In this document: piece after piece, positions 29,378 to 40,347 of the stretch
Layout of the letters: every line of letters begins with the position of its first letter
Numbering within the stretch: position 1 is the stretch's first letter
Assembly (NCBI GenBank): GCA_963840035.1
Contig: CAWIXE010000002.1
Span: 352,001-416,000 of the forward strand
Source of the DNA: a candidate division FCPU426 bacterium
GTDB lineage: Bacteria > Oederibacteriota > PGYV01 > Palsa-1178
Direction: 5' to 3'
DNA length: 64,000 bases
Position numbers and translations under genes: made by a program
Notes under the pieces: model-generated
Told to the model about the DNA's origin: nothing
Database searches by the model: none
Seen by the model: the letters and a program-made list of their open reading frames with translations, nothing else

Positions 29378-32300
29378 ATGAAAAGGTTTATGATTATGGC
29401 AGCGGTTTTACTGGCGGCCGCGGACATGGCGCTTGCGTTAAACGCGCCAAGCAATATTGCGATATCCTCGTCGGGGACTGATATTACGCTGCAGTGGTAC
29501 ATGCCCGTAACCAAGACAGGCGATAAGGCCATACAGTCTTATAAGGTTTACCGCGCCACATACGCCAATGTAAATGACATAAACTGGAACATCATAGGGT
29601 CAGAAGGAAAGTCAGCGGATGTGGATACATATACACTTACACTCAACACATACGTTGACGCCGGGGCCAATACCTCCGCGGGTTACTACTACAGGGTCCA
29701 GGCAGTCGATAGTGACTCTATAGGCGGAACTCTTACGTCTGCTATTGTGTCATACCCATACGGCCCGCAGTCATTGACTGTCACGGCGTATAACGCAAAG
29801 ACGGCGCTGGAATGGGACACGGGATATGACGCGCAGATAACCGGATACAATATTTACAGGTCCACATCTCCGGCAATTCCCGACCTCGTGAAAATAGCAA
29901 GTTCTGCATCAGGAAAATACACTGACCCGTCAGTTTATAACGGCAGGCAGTATTTTTATTCTGTCAGGCCTTATCTGGGTACTGTTGAAGGCTCCATGTC
30001 GTTAACAAAAAGCGTGGTGCCGTTCGCACCGCCCTATTCTCCCGTGCATGTTTCATCCATTGTTTCAGTAGGAGGACAGGTAACCCTAAACTGGGCAGGC
30101 CAGACACTGGCCGGGACTTTTCCTGTGTCATGCTATAACATATACAGGACAGGCGGAGGCGGGCCCGCATTCTCAGATGTGACTTTTACCGCCGGATACA
30201 CGGAGGCATTGACCGCAGGAGAAATATACACATATTCGGTATCGGTGTCAGATTCAATGGCAAATACATCGCTTCCGTATACTTTAAAGGTGTACGTACC
30301 GGGGCTGCCGTCAAAACCACAGGGATTTATCATATCTGATTACCGGTCGTTCGGGGCGTCCCTGACATGGGCCGCGAATGACCCACTTGAAGGGGTAACT
30401 TTTTACAGAATATTCAGGGATTCCTTACAGGTGCAGATGAACGCGCTTAATTACGCCAGCGACACGGGCCTGACTGAAGGAAATACATATACATATTATG
30501 TAGTGGCTAATAACGCAGCTGGTGACAGCGTGGCCTCAGACAGCGCTGTGATTACGGCAAAAGCGTCACCGCCAACAGATGTTACAGTGGTTAAAGGGCA
30601 GCCCGGGGAACTGGCGGTTACGTGGGCGGGCGTCCCATTCACGGAAAATGTGACAGGGTATAATGTCTACAGGGCTGAACTGCCCGGGGCTATTAATTAC
30701 TCGTCGCCATGGGCGGTTACGGAGACTTCTTCATTCATTGATTCCGGATTAAACACGGCCGCGTCATATGTCTACGCGGTGTCCGGTTTTACGTCGATGG
30801 AAGGGCAGTTTTCTTCTGAAGTTTCCGGAAAGGCAGTCACGCTTCCCGCCGACGTTACCGGGCTTTCGCTCCAGCCAAACACTAATTATATAAACCTAGC
30901 CTGGGATTTGCCGGACGTGTCATACGAGACAAGCGCTTATAATATTTACAGGGCTACCGACAGCGGCGCGGAATACTCAAAGATGGGCACGACTGTTTCC
31001 GCATTTTATCAGGATAGAAACCTTTTAAATACAATTGATTACTATTATAAAATAACGTCGCTGAATTATTACGGCGAAAGCACTCTGACCGCTGCCGCGG
31101 CGCAGCACGCCATGACATCACCGGCAGCGGCGCCTGATGCGCCGCGTAACCCTGTTTTAGTTTCAACCGGGGACGGAAAAATAAGCATTAACTGGAGCGC
31201 GGCGCCGCCGGGCAGTCTGGTTACAGCTTACAATGTATACAGGAGCATGGCGCCGGGAGTATATGCTGATGCGCCGGTCGGAGTAACCCTTACAACCGCT
31301 TCATTTACCGACACACCGCCGCTGGCTGACACGGTTTATTATTATACCGTTAAGGCGGTAAGCACAGGCGAAAGCCCGGCTTCCGCTGAGGTTTCCGGCA
31401 AAGCGTACATAAAACCGGGCAGCCCCAGGAACCTTCAGCTTGATTATTTGAACAGCCAGGTAATGCTTACGTGGGAAAAGCCGGTTTCTGATGGCACGTA
31501 TCCATATCAGTATAAGATATACAGGGGAACTTCTGTCCTTACGATTGCGGCGGCGGGAATCACAACGACAAGCCTTAAAGTATTTGACGGGGCTGTAAAT
31601 ACCATGACAGCGTCATATTATTACAGGGTCAGGTCTATTGACACGCAGGGCCATGAGGATTCAGGGACGGATTATACCGTCATTACGATTTCATCACCCG
31701 TATTTCCGCCTTCGGTACTTGTGGCAAAACCGGGTCCCGGCAGGGTAATGCTTGTATGGAGAAAAGTAAGCCCGGATTATTATAATATATACAGGAGGAC
31801 CGTGGGCAGCCTTACGGAGCGCCTCATGCGGTAAATGTGGATTTTGGCGCAAGCGTATTTACGGATACTGACGTGATAACAGGTACTGAATATTTTTACT
31901 GCATTGCGGCCTCTAATTTTGCCGGGGAAGGGCCAAAGTCAAACGAAGCTTCAGCAGTGCCGTATATCGCGGCTAAATTGCCGGTGCAGTCAAACATAAC
32001 CGCATCGGTTGTGAATAAAAAAGATGTGCAGCTTGGCTGGAAACCGGCGGTTGCGGGAGATTACGCGCTGAATTCGTATGTTGTTTTCAGGAGTTCGGAC
32101 GGCGGCGGCCTGTACACCAGGCTTGATGAGATAGCGCACAATCCTTTAACCACGGATTACAGCTACCTTGACACGGCCACATCGTGGGGCAATGATTATA
32201 TTTACATGGTTAAAGTATCGGATGTCATGGGAAATACCGATACAGCCTACGGGATTGCAAGCGTCAGCCTGCAGAAACCTGAAAATAAGCTCAGGGTATT

Positions 32301-32589
32301 TAAAAATATGATCAATACCGGCAATTCCGAAAAGGTCGTAATAAGGTATTTTGTCGTGCAAAAGGGCATGGCCCGCGTGAGGATATACAGCTTAAGCGGC
32401 GAATTTATAAATGAGCTTGCCAATGACCGCTTAAGCGTTAATTACAGCGTTGACAACCCCTATGAGAGCCCGGATATTTCCTGGGACGGAAAAAACAGGA
32501 GCGGGCAGAGGGTGGCTTCAGGAGTCTACCTAATCACCCTTGAAACGGACGCGGGACGCGTGACAGAGAGGGTTGCGGTTATAAAATAA
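29378..32589 (+). CDS. Secreted multi-FN3 protein with C-terminal FlgD-Ig/CTD-like domain; frameshift at ~31805
   Basis: About 10 FN3-like repeats (W...YNIYR...YYY.V). Adding one G at 31804-06 joins the two ORFs. C-terminus IYSLSGE...WDGKN..G..VASGVYLI...RVAVIK. Confidence 0.8.
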
Positions 32590-32593
32590 ACGG

Positions 32594-32688
32594 TATTTTA
32601 CATTTTATATTTTCAATTTTCAATTAGTGAGACATAAGGAGCGCTTTGTTTTTTATAATTGAAAATTGAAAATTTAGAATTGAAAATT
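32594..32688. repeat. Inverted heptamer-array hairpin, AATTTTC/GAAAATT type
   Basis: Same unit as 4835-4923, with a ~29-nt spacer. Confidence 0.85.
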
Positions 32689-32700
32689 CAACGGAGACGT

Positions 32701-34446
32701 ATGGCTAAGATAAATGTGCTGCCCGAGAACGTTGCGAACCAGATAGCGGCCGGTGAAGTTATCGCCAGGCCGTCTTCGTGTGTGAAAGAACTCCTTGAAA
32801 ATTCCATTGACTCAGGCGCTTTAAATATAATTATAAATATTGAGGACGCGGGCAAGAAACTTATTGAGGTAAAAGACGACGGATGCGGCATGCCCGCGGA
32901 AGACCTGAAAAATTCCTTTCTGAGGCACGCAACCAGCAAAATAAAGTCCATTGAGGATTTAAATTATATAGAAACCCTTGGCTTCAGGGGAGAAGCGCTT
33001 GCGTCGATAGCTTCGGTGGCCAGGGTTAAGGCGGTATCTTCCGACAATGCGTCAGGACAGGGAAGCCTTATAGTCATTGAAGGCGGTAAAATAAAAAAGG
33101 AAACTCCTGAAGCGTCAAACAAAGGCACGGTCATAACCGTAAAAGACCTCTTCTATAATACGCCGGCCAGGCTTAAATTTCTGAAATCCAACCATACTGA
33201 GGAATCACACATTATCGAAACGGTTACCTATGAAGGCCTTTCAAGGGAAGGCATTTCCATAAAGCTTGTTATCGACGGAAAAGACGTCTTGTTCTTCCCC
33301 AAAGCCAGCACACTTAAAGACAGGATAAGGATAATAAACGGCAGGGAAGTATCTGATGCGCTTGTGGATATAAGCTGCTTTAATGACAATATCAAAGTGT
33401 TCGGCATGATTGCGAAACCCTCGGTTAATAAAAGCAGCAGGGCTTCGCAGTATTTCTTTGTCAACAACAGAAACATACAAAGCAGGTCGTTAGCCTACGC
33501 GGTTTATGAAGGCTATGGCACCCTGCTCATGAAGGGGAAATACCCGTTTACATATATATTCCTTGATATTAATCCTTCCCTGGTGGACGTCAATGTACAC
33601 CCGACAAAGACCGAGGTTAAATTCAGGGAGGAACGGTTTGTTTATAATGCCGTTAAAAAGGCGGTTGAGGACTCTTTAAGGCTGAATGAACTGACCCCTG
33701 AGGCTGCGGCGCAGGATACGAAGATAAGCGCCGATACAATAAAAGAGGCTGTGAAAGATTCGATCACGCAGTATTTTGCCAGTGAAACGACAGAACTTTT
33801 CGGCGGGCCGCGTCTTGAGATGAAAAGGTCAAATATTGATACCCCGCGCGCTCCGGCGTCGAGGGAATACCTTAACCTTAAAGCCATGGGCCAGGTCCAT
33901 AAAACTTATATAGTCGGCGAGGATAACGACAACCTTGTGGTGATTGACCAGCACGCCGCCCATGAAAAGGCGCTGTATGAGGAAATAATGGATGAAATTG
34001 AGAACGGGGAAATGAACATACAGGAAATGCTTATTCCGGAGGTTATTGAAGTGGCCCCTTCGGAAAAACCGCTTATAGAATCAAATAAAGAACTCTTTAA
34101 TAAACTCGGATTTTACCTCGATGAATTCGGGGTTAATGAATATAAGATATCAGCCCATCCGGTTATAATACGCCATAAGGCGGCAGCCCCCTTTGTCAAG
34201 GAAATGATAAGCATTATCAGGGAAAAAGGTACTGCCGGAGAAAAGGACGTTTTAAAGCATTTAACCGCGACTATGGCGTGCAGGGCCGCGGTAAAAGCCG
34301 GGGATGAATTAAAGGATGCGGAGATAGAGGAACTTTTAAGGAAGTATTTTATCCTTAAAGACCCGCACAGCTGTCCGCACGGCAGGCCGCCTGTCATAAA
34401 GATACCGTTCATCGAGATAGAGAAGATGTTTAAGAGGAAGTTATAA
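32701..34446 (+). CDS. mutL: DNA mismatch repair protein MutL
   Basis: NQIAAGEVI, KELLENSID, LGFRGEAL, DVNVHPTK, DQHAAHE, CPHGRP. Confidence 0.97.
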   Translation: MAKINVLPENVANQIAAGEVIARPSSCVKELLENSIDSGALNIIINIEDAGKKLIEVKDDGCGMPAEDLKNSFLRHATSKIKSIEDLNYIETLGFRGEALASIASVARVKAVSSDNASGQGSLIVIEGGKIKKETPEASNKGTVITVKDLFYNTPARLKFLKSNHTEESHIIETVTYEGLSREGISIKLVIDGKDVLFFPKASTLKDRIRIINGREVSDALVDISCFNDNIKVFGMIAKPSVNKSSRASQYFFVNNRNIQSRSLAYAVYEGYGTLLMKGKYPFTYIFLDINPSLVDVNVHPTKTEVKFREERFVYNAVKKAVEDSLRLNELTPEAAAQDTKISADTIKEAVKDSITQYFASETTELFGGPRLEMKRSNIDTPRAPASREYLNLKAMGQVHKTYIVGEDNDNLVVIDQHAAHEKALYEEIMDEIENGEMNIQEMLIPEVIEVAPSEKPLIESNKELFNKLGFYLDEFGVNEYKISAHPVIIRHKAAAPFVKEMISIIREKGTAGEKDVLKHLTATMACRAAVKAGDELKDAEIEELLRKYFILKDPHSCPHGRPPVIKIPFIEIEKMFKRKL

Positions 34447-34471
34447 TGAGGTCTTAAGGAATAAAGTCATT

Positions 34472-34547
34472 GTCCCAAGCCCCAAGACTCAGGACCCAAG
34501 TTGGATCTTTGTTTAATACTTGGGTCATGGGTCCTGAGACTTGGGTC
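34472..34547. repeat. Inverted heptamer-array hairpin, (GACCCAA)n ... (TTGGGTC)n
   Basis: gtcccaa gccccaa gactcag gacccaa / ttgggtc atgggtc ctgagac ttgggtc. Confidence 0.8.
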
Positions 34548-34583
34548 GAAAAACTTTGGTCCTGCGACACAAAGGGGTTTTTT

Positions 34584-35492
34584 ATGTTTTACATCATAGG
34601 AGGGGCGACCGGTACGGGAAAGTCCTCGGTTGCCATTGAACTTGCAAAAAAGATAAACGGGGAAATAATATCGGCGGATTCAATGCAGATATATGAGGGC
34701 ATGGACATCGGCACTTATAAAACGCCTGTTAAAGACCGCGGCGGAATACCGCACCATTTGATAGACATAGTTAAGCCCGGCGAAAATTTTTCGGCAAGCG
34801 CCTATAAGCGGGATGCTGAAATAATAATGGACGGCATAAAAAAACGAGGCAGGATTCCAATAATAGCCGGCGGGACAGGGCTTTACATAACCGCCATTAT
34901 AAAAGGGCTGATGCCTTCCGCTGAACCTGACGGGAATTTAAGGGCTGAACTCAGGGGGAAGTTTGAGAAACAGGGGCTCGGTCCGCTGGTAAAGCTGCTG
35001 GAAGAAAAAGACCCTGAAGCCGCGAAAGAAACAGACCTAAAAAACAGCAGGCGCGTCATAAGGGCCCTGGAGCTGATAATATCCAATGGCATGAAACTTT
35101 CTGATATAAAGAAAAAAACGGCAGGGACGGCATACCCCGATGATTATAAGTTCTTTGTTCTGAGCATTAATAAGGAAAAACTTTACCCCGCGCTTGATAC
35201 GCGGGTTGATAACATGATAAAGCAGGGGCTTTTTGCCGAGGTTGAAGCTCTTCTAAAGTCAGGACTGCCTGTTGATTCCACGGCCTTTCAGGCTATAGGT
35301 TATAAGGAAAGCGTTGAATACCTTAATAAAAAGGCGGGCCTTCCGGAAACCGTTGAAAAGATAAAAAACGCCACAAGGCATTATGCAAAGAGGCAGGTAA
35401 CGTGGTTTAAAAAGTACGGCGAGGCAATGTGTTTAGACGCGTATGATGCAACACCCGCGTCACTTGCAGCGCAGATTCTTAATAACAGGTAG
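34584..35492 (+). CDS. miaA: tRNA dimethylallyltransferase
   Basis: GATGTGKS, ADSMQIY.GMDIGT, GGTGLY, QAIGYKE, YAKRQVTWF; follows mutL. Confidence 0.96.
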   Translation: MFYIIGGATGTGKSSVAIELAKKINGEIISADSMQIYEGMDIGTYKTPVKDRGGIPHHLIDIVKPGENFSASAYKRDAEIIMDGIKKRGRIPIIAGGTGLYITAIIKGLMPSAEPDGNLRAELRGKFEKQGLGPLVKLLEEKDPEAAKETDLKNSRRVIRALELIISNGMKLSDIKKKTAGTAYPDDYKFFVLSINKEKLYPALDTRVDNMIKQGLFAEVEALLKSGLPVDSTAFQAIGYKESVEYLNKKAGLPETVEKIKNATRHYAKRQVTWFKKYGEAMCLDAYDATPASLAAQILNNR

Positions 35493-35542
35493 CCGCAGCC
35501 TCCATGTCCGTCGAAGCTTCAGCGGAGACGGATCAGGCTGCG
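35489..35542 (+). repeat. REP-like palindrome with a 31-bp palindromic insert in its loop
   Basis: GTAGCCGCAGCCT[CCATGTCCGTCGAAGCTTCAGCGGAGACGGA]TCAGGCTGCG. Confidence 0.6.
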
Positions 35543-35556
35543 CAAGGATGGAAATA

Positions 35557-36081
35557 ATGGGAGTGCTAAGGGAACCAAAGCAGGAGAAGCTTATTATAGG
35601 CTTGATATATTCGTCTGTCGACGACCTGAAAAGAGTCGTTACAGCGCTTATGGAACGGTTCGGAGCCATGGATTATGAAAGCCCGGAGTTTGCGTTCGCG
35701 CATACTGATTACTACAAGGGCGAGATGGGGCCGGGGCTGAAAAGAAAGTTCCTTTCTTTTGAAAAACTTGTGAACGTGGAGTCGCTCGCGGAGTTTAAGC
35801 TTTTTACAAATAACCTCGAAGATACCATGCTCTTTGACGGCACGGATAAAAGGCGGATAAACATAGACCCGGGACTTATTTCCGAGCCAAAACTTATCCT
35901 CGCGTCCACAAAGAACTTTACCCACCGCATCTACATTGGCAAGGGCATATGGGCTGAAGTGACGCTCCGTTACATAGGCAATACCTACACAACCCTCGAA
36001 TGGACCTACCCCGATTATGCCAACCCTGAACATATTAGGATATTTAATATGATAAGGGAGAAGTATAGAAAACAGTTGTAA
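35557..36081 (+). CDS. DUF4416-family protein
   Basis: TDYY..EMG..L.R, R.INIDPG, LILASTKNFTHRIY.G.GI.AE, WTYPDY. Confidence 0.85.
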   Translation: MGVLREPKQEKLIIGLIYSSVDDLKRVVTALMERFGAMDYESPEFAFAHTDYYKGEMGPGLKRKFLSFEKLVNVESLAEFKLFTNNLEDTMLFDGTDKRRINIDPGLISEPKLILASTKNFTHRIYIGKGIWAEVTLRYIGNTYTTLEWTYPDYANPEHIRIFNMIREKYRKQL

Positions 36082-36103
36082 TTGCGATTCTAAATTCTAG
36101 ATT

Positions 36104-37161
36104 CTTGAATTCAAGGTAAAAGTGCAACACTTCTGTTAAAATCTTTATGTCGAGTAAAGAATACAGAAGGAGGTTGCACCAATGAAATTATACAAGCATT
36201 TAGGCATAGAAGAAAGAGCAAAAATTGTTATTTTACAGGACCAAGGGTTCACAGTTGGTGAAATAGCAGCTGAGCTTGGAAGACACAGATCCACGATACA
36301 CAGAGAAATAACTAGGAACAGCAACATAGAAACCGGAGAATATGTTGCTAGAGATGCAAACACATCATACAGACGAAGATTAAGTGTCCCCCAGGGCAGA
36401 ATAAGGGATACAGCAATAAAGTCGTATGTGATAGATAAACTTAAAAACGGTTGGTCTCCTGAAAGAATTTCAGGAAGGATAGCGGAAGAACTACCGGGGA
36501 AAAGTATTAGTACTGAAACAATATACATGTTTGTATATAAAGAAGAGCCGGGATTTAGAGGATGTTTAACTAGGCACCACATGAAAAGGCACTTAAAAGG
36601 TCAGAGAAAGACGCATACAAAAGGTCGTATACCCAATAAAATATCAATAGAATTAAGGCCTAAACAAATAGACGAACGTAAACAGGTCGGGCATTGGGAA
36701 AGCGACACAATGGCTGGATTACAAAAGAAAAATTCAGGACTAACCTTTACAGTGGAAAGAAAAACACGGTTAACGAAGATATATAAGTTAAGAGTAATAA
36801 CCGCAAGGCATAACAGAAGAAACATAATGAAATCATTACGAAGTGTGCCTGAAGGCGTTCGGTTAAGCATAACTTATGACAACTGAAAAGAAAATGTTGA
36901 GCACGAAAAGATTAATAAACAGATAGGGTGTAAATCATACTTTTGCCATGAAAAAAGTCCCTATGAAAAAGGCACGGTTGAGAACACAATAGGATTGGCG
37001 AGAAGGATATACCCAAAAGGCACAGACTTTGATATGATAAGCTCCGGCAGGATAAAAGAACTTGAAAATTGGCTGAATAATTTACCAAGGAAATGTTTGG
37101 GCTGGAAAACTCCAAACGAAGCATTTAACAAGATGTGTTGCACTTAAACATTGAATGTAGC
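36104..37161 (+). mobile_element. IS30-family insertion sequence (1058 bp), 3-bp target duplication ATT
   Basis: Imperfect terminal IRs (ATTCAAGGTAAAAGTGCAACAC / GTGTTGCACTTAAACATTGAAT); ATT at 36101-03 and 37162-64; A-rich composition. Confidence 0.85.
36182..37147 (+). pseudogene. IS30 transposase with an in-frame TGA at 36884-36886
   Basis: HTH IAAELGRHRSTIHREI, WSPERI, GHWESDT, TYDN*KE (conserved DNGKE); same frame continues EKGTVEN...LNNLPRKCLGWKTP to TAA at 37147. Confidence 0.9.
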
Positions 37162-37232
37162 ATTCCAGATTTTAGATTAAAACTACAATCCAGAATCTAG
37201 AATCCGGAATTTAGAATCCCACCTGAAAACCC

Positions 37233-37261
37233 TTGACTTTAAAACATACATATCGTATACT
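37233..37261 (+). promoter_or_regulatory. Sigma70 promoter
   Basis: TTGACT-N17-TATACT, 39 nt upstream of ATG 37300. Confidence 0.7.
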
Positions 37262-37299
37262 TTCATTGCGGCGCAGTATACACCAAAAAGGAAGGTATT

Positions 37300-38593
37300 A
37301 TGGAACTCTCTGAAAAGCTCATCATTTTAGGGGAAGGGGCAAAATATGATGTTTCATGCTCATCTTCGGGAAGTTACAGAAAAAATAAGGCCGGAGGCAT
37401 GGGCGATGCCATGCCCGCGGGTTGCCTGCCATACATTTACCTCTGACGGCAGGTGCATTTCACTTCTTAAGATACTCCTTACTAATATGTGCATATATGA
37501 CTGCGCTTACTGTGTTAACAGAAGATCAAATGATATAAAGCGCGCTGTTTTGACGCCTGAAGAGCTCGCCGGGCTGGCAGTTAATTTTTACAAGCGTAAT
37601 TACATTGAAGGGCTGTTCATCAGTTCAGGCGTAATAAACAGCCCTGATTACACAATGGAACTGATGATTAAGGCGGTCAGGTTATTGCGGGAGGTTCATC
37701 TTTTTAACGGGTATATTCATTTTAAGGCCATACCAGGCGCGTCGCCTGAATTGATAGAAGCGGCGGGCCGGCTGGTAGACCGTATGAGCGTGAATATGGA
37801 GCTTGCAAACGAAAGCGGACTTAAGCTGCTTGCCCCTGACAAGAACCACAGGGACATACTTACCCCTATGAAACAAATCAGCGATGGAATAATTGCATAT
37901 AAAAAGGAAAGCGCTGTGATACGCTCAACCCCGCGGTTTGTGCCTGCCGGGCAGTCGACGCAGCTAATCGTGGGAGCGACGGATGAAACAGACTTAAGCC
38001 TTGTAAAACTTTCCGCGAATCTATATGAGTCCATGAAATTAAAAAGGGTATATTATTCCGCGTATGTTCATGTGAATACCGATTCAAGGCTGCCTCTGCT
38101 GAATGAAACACCGCTCCTGCGCGAGAACAGGTTATACCAGGCTGACTGGCTTATGCGTTTTTACGGATTTAAGGCGGATGAAATACTTGATGAGTCAAAC
38201 CCGTTTTTTGACCCGTCACTTGACCCTAAAGCCGCATGGGCGCTGCGAAATCTGGACAGGTTTCCGATGGAAGCAAATACCGCGGAATACGAGGAATTAT
38301 TGCGTGTTCCGGGTATAGGCGTACGTTCGGCGCAGAGGATAATAAGGGCGCGGCGGGTAAAATCTCTGCAAACTGATGATATGAAAAAACTCGGAGTTGT
38401 TATGAAACGCGCGAAGTATTTCCTGACAGTAAGCGGAAAATACGCGGCAGAGGCTGTAATGAAGGAAAAGATGATACGGTATAAAATGCTTGAAAAACCT
38501 AAAAAGAACTATGAGCAGCTGAACCTGTTCGCGGGACAGCAGGCATTAAACGCGGTTGAAGACGCGCATAAAGCGATAACGGGGGAGCTGTAA
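37300..38593 (+). CDS. Putative DNA modification/repair radical SAM protein (TIGR03916-like); frameshift at ~37420
   Basis: True N-terminus MELSEKLIILGEGAKYDVSCSSSG is in another frame from ATG 37300; CIYDCAYC; PAGQSTQ; RE.RLYQADWL.RFYGF; HhH LLRVPGIG. Confidence 0.9.
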
Positions 38594-38598
38594 CGTTG

Positions 38599-38639
38599 TC
38601 CCCCTCCCCCTCGAAGGGGGAGGGCCGGGGAGAGGGTGT
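38599..38639 (+). repeat. Left copy of a 41-bp inverted repeat with internal hairpin
   Basis: 35/41 identical to the reverse complement of 39096-39136. Confidence 0.85.
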
Positions 38640-38684
38640 AGTAGGGACAATTTATATGTAACTACCTCAACGGAGGAATCAAAA

Positions 38685-39161
38685 TTGGTTGATTTAAAAG
38701 TTTTTGCGCGCAAGCTTCGTAAAGACTCAACAGACGCAGAGAAGAAACTGTGGCAGCATATAAGGGCAAAACAACTATGCGGATTTAAATTTAGAAGGCA
38801 ACAGCAATTGGGGCCATATATAGCGGATTTTTATTGTTCTGAGAAAAGGCTGGTTGTGGAATTGGATGGGGGACAACATGCGGACAATAGAAATGATGCA
38901 GAAAGGGATACTTATTTAGAAAGTAAAGGTATAAGGGTAGTAAGGATTTGGAATAATGATATATTTGCTAACGTGGAAGGTGTGCTGGAATATATAAACA
39001 TTCTGCTTGAAGAAAGGGTTGATAGTTATAGGTATTTTAAGAAACGGTGTGTTAGGCGCAAGGGTGGGGTTGGTATTAAGTTTTCAGCCGCTGCAACACC
39101 CCCATCCCGGCCTTCCCCCTTGGAGGGGGAAGGGGAAGAACCGCACAAGGGCCGAAAATGA
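38685..39161 (+). CDS. DUF559 (Vsr-like) endonuclease
   Basis: ARKLRK.ST.AE..LW, FRRQ...GPYIADFYC....LVVELDGGQH, RD.YL...G..V.R.WN. Confidence 0.9.
   Translation: MVDLKVFARKLRKDSTDAEKKLWQHIRAKQLCGFKFRRQQQLGPYIADFYCSEKRLVVELDGGQHADNRNDAERDTYLESKGIRVVRIWNNDIFANVEGVLEYINILLEERVDSYRYFKKRCVRRKGGVGIKFSAAATPPSRPSPLEGEGEEPHKGRK
39096..39136 (-). repeat. Right copy of the 41-bp inverted repeat
   Basis: Translated within the DUF559 C-terminus as TPPSRPSPLEGEG. Confidence 0.85.
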
Positions 39162-39910
39162 ATTCCAAAACATACTTATATGACGGCACTTTTTTCGGGC
39201 TGCTTTCACTTATATATCGTCTTATTTCCTTAAATGAGGCGCCTGAAGATATCGTGAGCGAAGCAATGGAAAAGAAACAGGAATCGCTTTTCGGCGTTAA
39301 GCTGTTTGTTGAGACATCGCGTGATAATTATGAACTGATAAAAAAGATGATAATCGAAAAGATCGGAAAACCGTCTTTTGACGTGATAGCGTGGGCCTAT
39401 CTTTCTGAACTGCGGGGTATTGAGATGGCTGTTTACAAATATGTTTTATTCAGCCTTGAAAAGGGCGGGGATACTGACAGGTTTTTATCCGACAGCAGGG
39501 TTATGGAAATACACGGGGCATACAGAAAAATCTGCATGGAGTCGCACAGGTTCAAGGGGTTCCTGAGGTTTGAGGAGATAAAGCCGGGAGTGCTGTACGC
39601 AAAACTTGAGCCGGACTATAATATTATAATGATGCTGGCGTCCCACTTCAAAAGGCGGCTCTCCGGTTATAACTGGATCATACATGACAAAAAAAGGGGA
39701 ACCGCTGTTTTTTATGACAGGCACAAGTGCGTGCTAAAGGAGGCTGTGTCATTTGTGCTTCCTGATACGGCAGGAAATGAAGCGGCTTTCAGGAAAATGT
39801 GGGCAGGGTATTTTGGAGCCATGGGAATAAAAGAACGGAAAAATTACAGGCTTCAGCGCCAGCTCGTGCCTAAAAAATACAGAAAGAACATGGTGGAATT
39901 CAATAGCTGA
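39158..39910 (+). CDS. TIGR03915/DUF4130 putative DNA metabolism protein
   Basis: YLYDGTF.GLL, E.HRFKGFLRF, HF..R....WII.D..R, IKER.N..LQ...P.KY; usual partner of the radical SAM gene. Confidence 0.9.
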   Translation: MNSKTYLYDGTFFGLLSLIYRLISLNEAPEDIVSEAMEKKQESLFGVKLFVETSRDNYELIKKMIIEKIGKPSFDVIAWAYLSELRGIEMAVYKYVLFSLEKGGDTDRFLSDSRVMEIHGAYRKICMESHRFKGFLRFEEIKPGVLYAKLEPDYNIIMMLASHFKRRLSGYNWIIHDKKRGTAVFYDRHKCVLKEAVSFVLPDTAGNEAAFRKMWAGYFGAMGIKERKNYRLQRQLVPKKYRKNMVEFNS

Positions 39911-39961
39911 ACCGGGAATACCAGCCAATAACCAATAACCGGATAGACATTAAATAATGCG

Positions 39962-39983
39962 GGCGGGATGAATCCCGCCTTTT
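39962..39983 (+). terminator. Rho-independent terminator
   Basis: GGCGGGAT-GA-ATCCCGCC-TTTT. Confidence 0.7.
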
Positions 39984-40244
39984 ATGATAAAAGTCGCAAA
40001 GCGACACATTATTTATTGGCTAAATGTTAATTGGCTATTGGTTAAAAACAGATTTTGGTCTCACCTGTATATAAACGTTTTAATAGAAAACAGGTTTTCC
40101 CGGTTTGTGTTTATTTATTTGCCAAAATCGGTTATTTTAGCGAAAGATGTAGTATTTTGTAAGAAATTTTACCCTTTTTTTATCGTTTTTTACCCCTGTT
40201 TTTGCCACTTTTAGCCATATTTTAAAGGCATAAGAAAAAATAAA

Positions 40245-40273
40245 TTGACATAAAAAATGTAATATGTTATCTT
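40245..40273 (+). promoter_or_regulatory. Sigma70 promoter with extended -10
   Basis: TTGACA-N17-TATCTT, with TG preceding the -10. Confidence 0.7.
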
Positions 40274-40347
40274 AAATCACTTGCACAGAATTCAGAGTTG
40301 CAACGTGTTTTTACATATTGGAATAGCATACTTATCAGGAGGCTATT

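Noticed and set aside
36884..36886. TGA at a conserved Gly (DNG) of IS30 as evidence of UGA=Gly recoding
   Set aside because: It is a single instance, one change from GGA. The transposase uses ordinary Gly codons elsewhere and many host genes end in TGA.
39984..40214. 76-aa ORF in the AT-rich intergenic region
   Set aside because: No RBS, atypical composition, lies between a terminator and a promoter.
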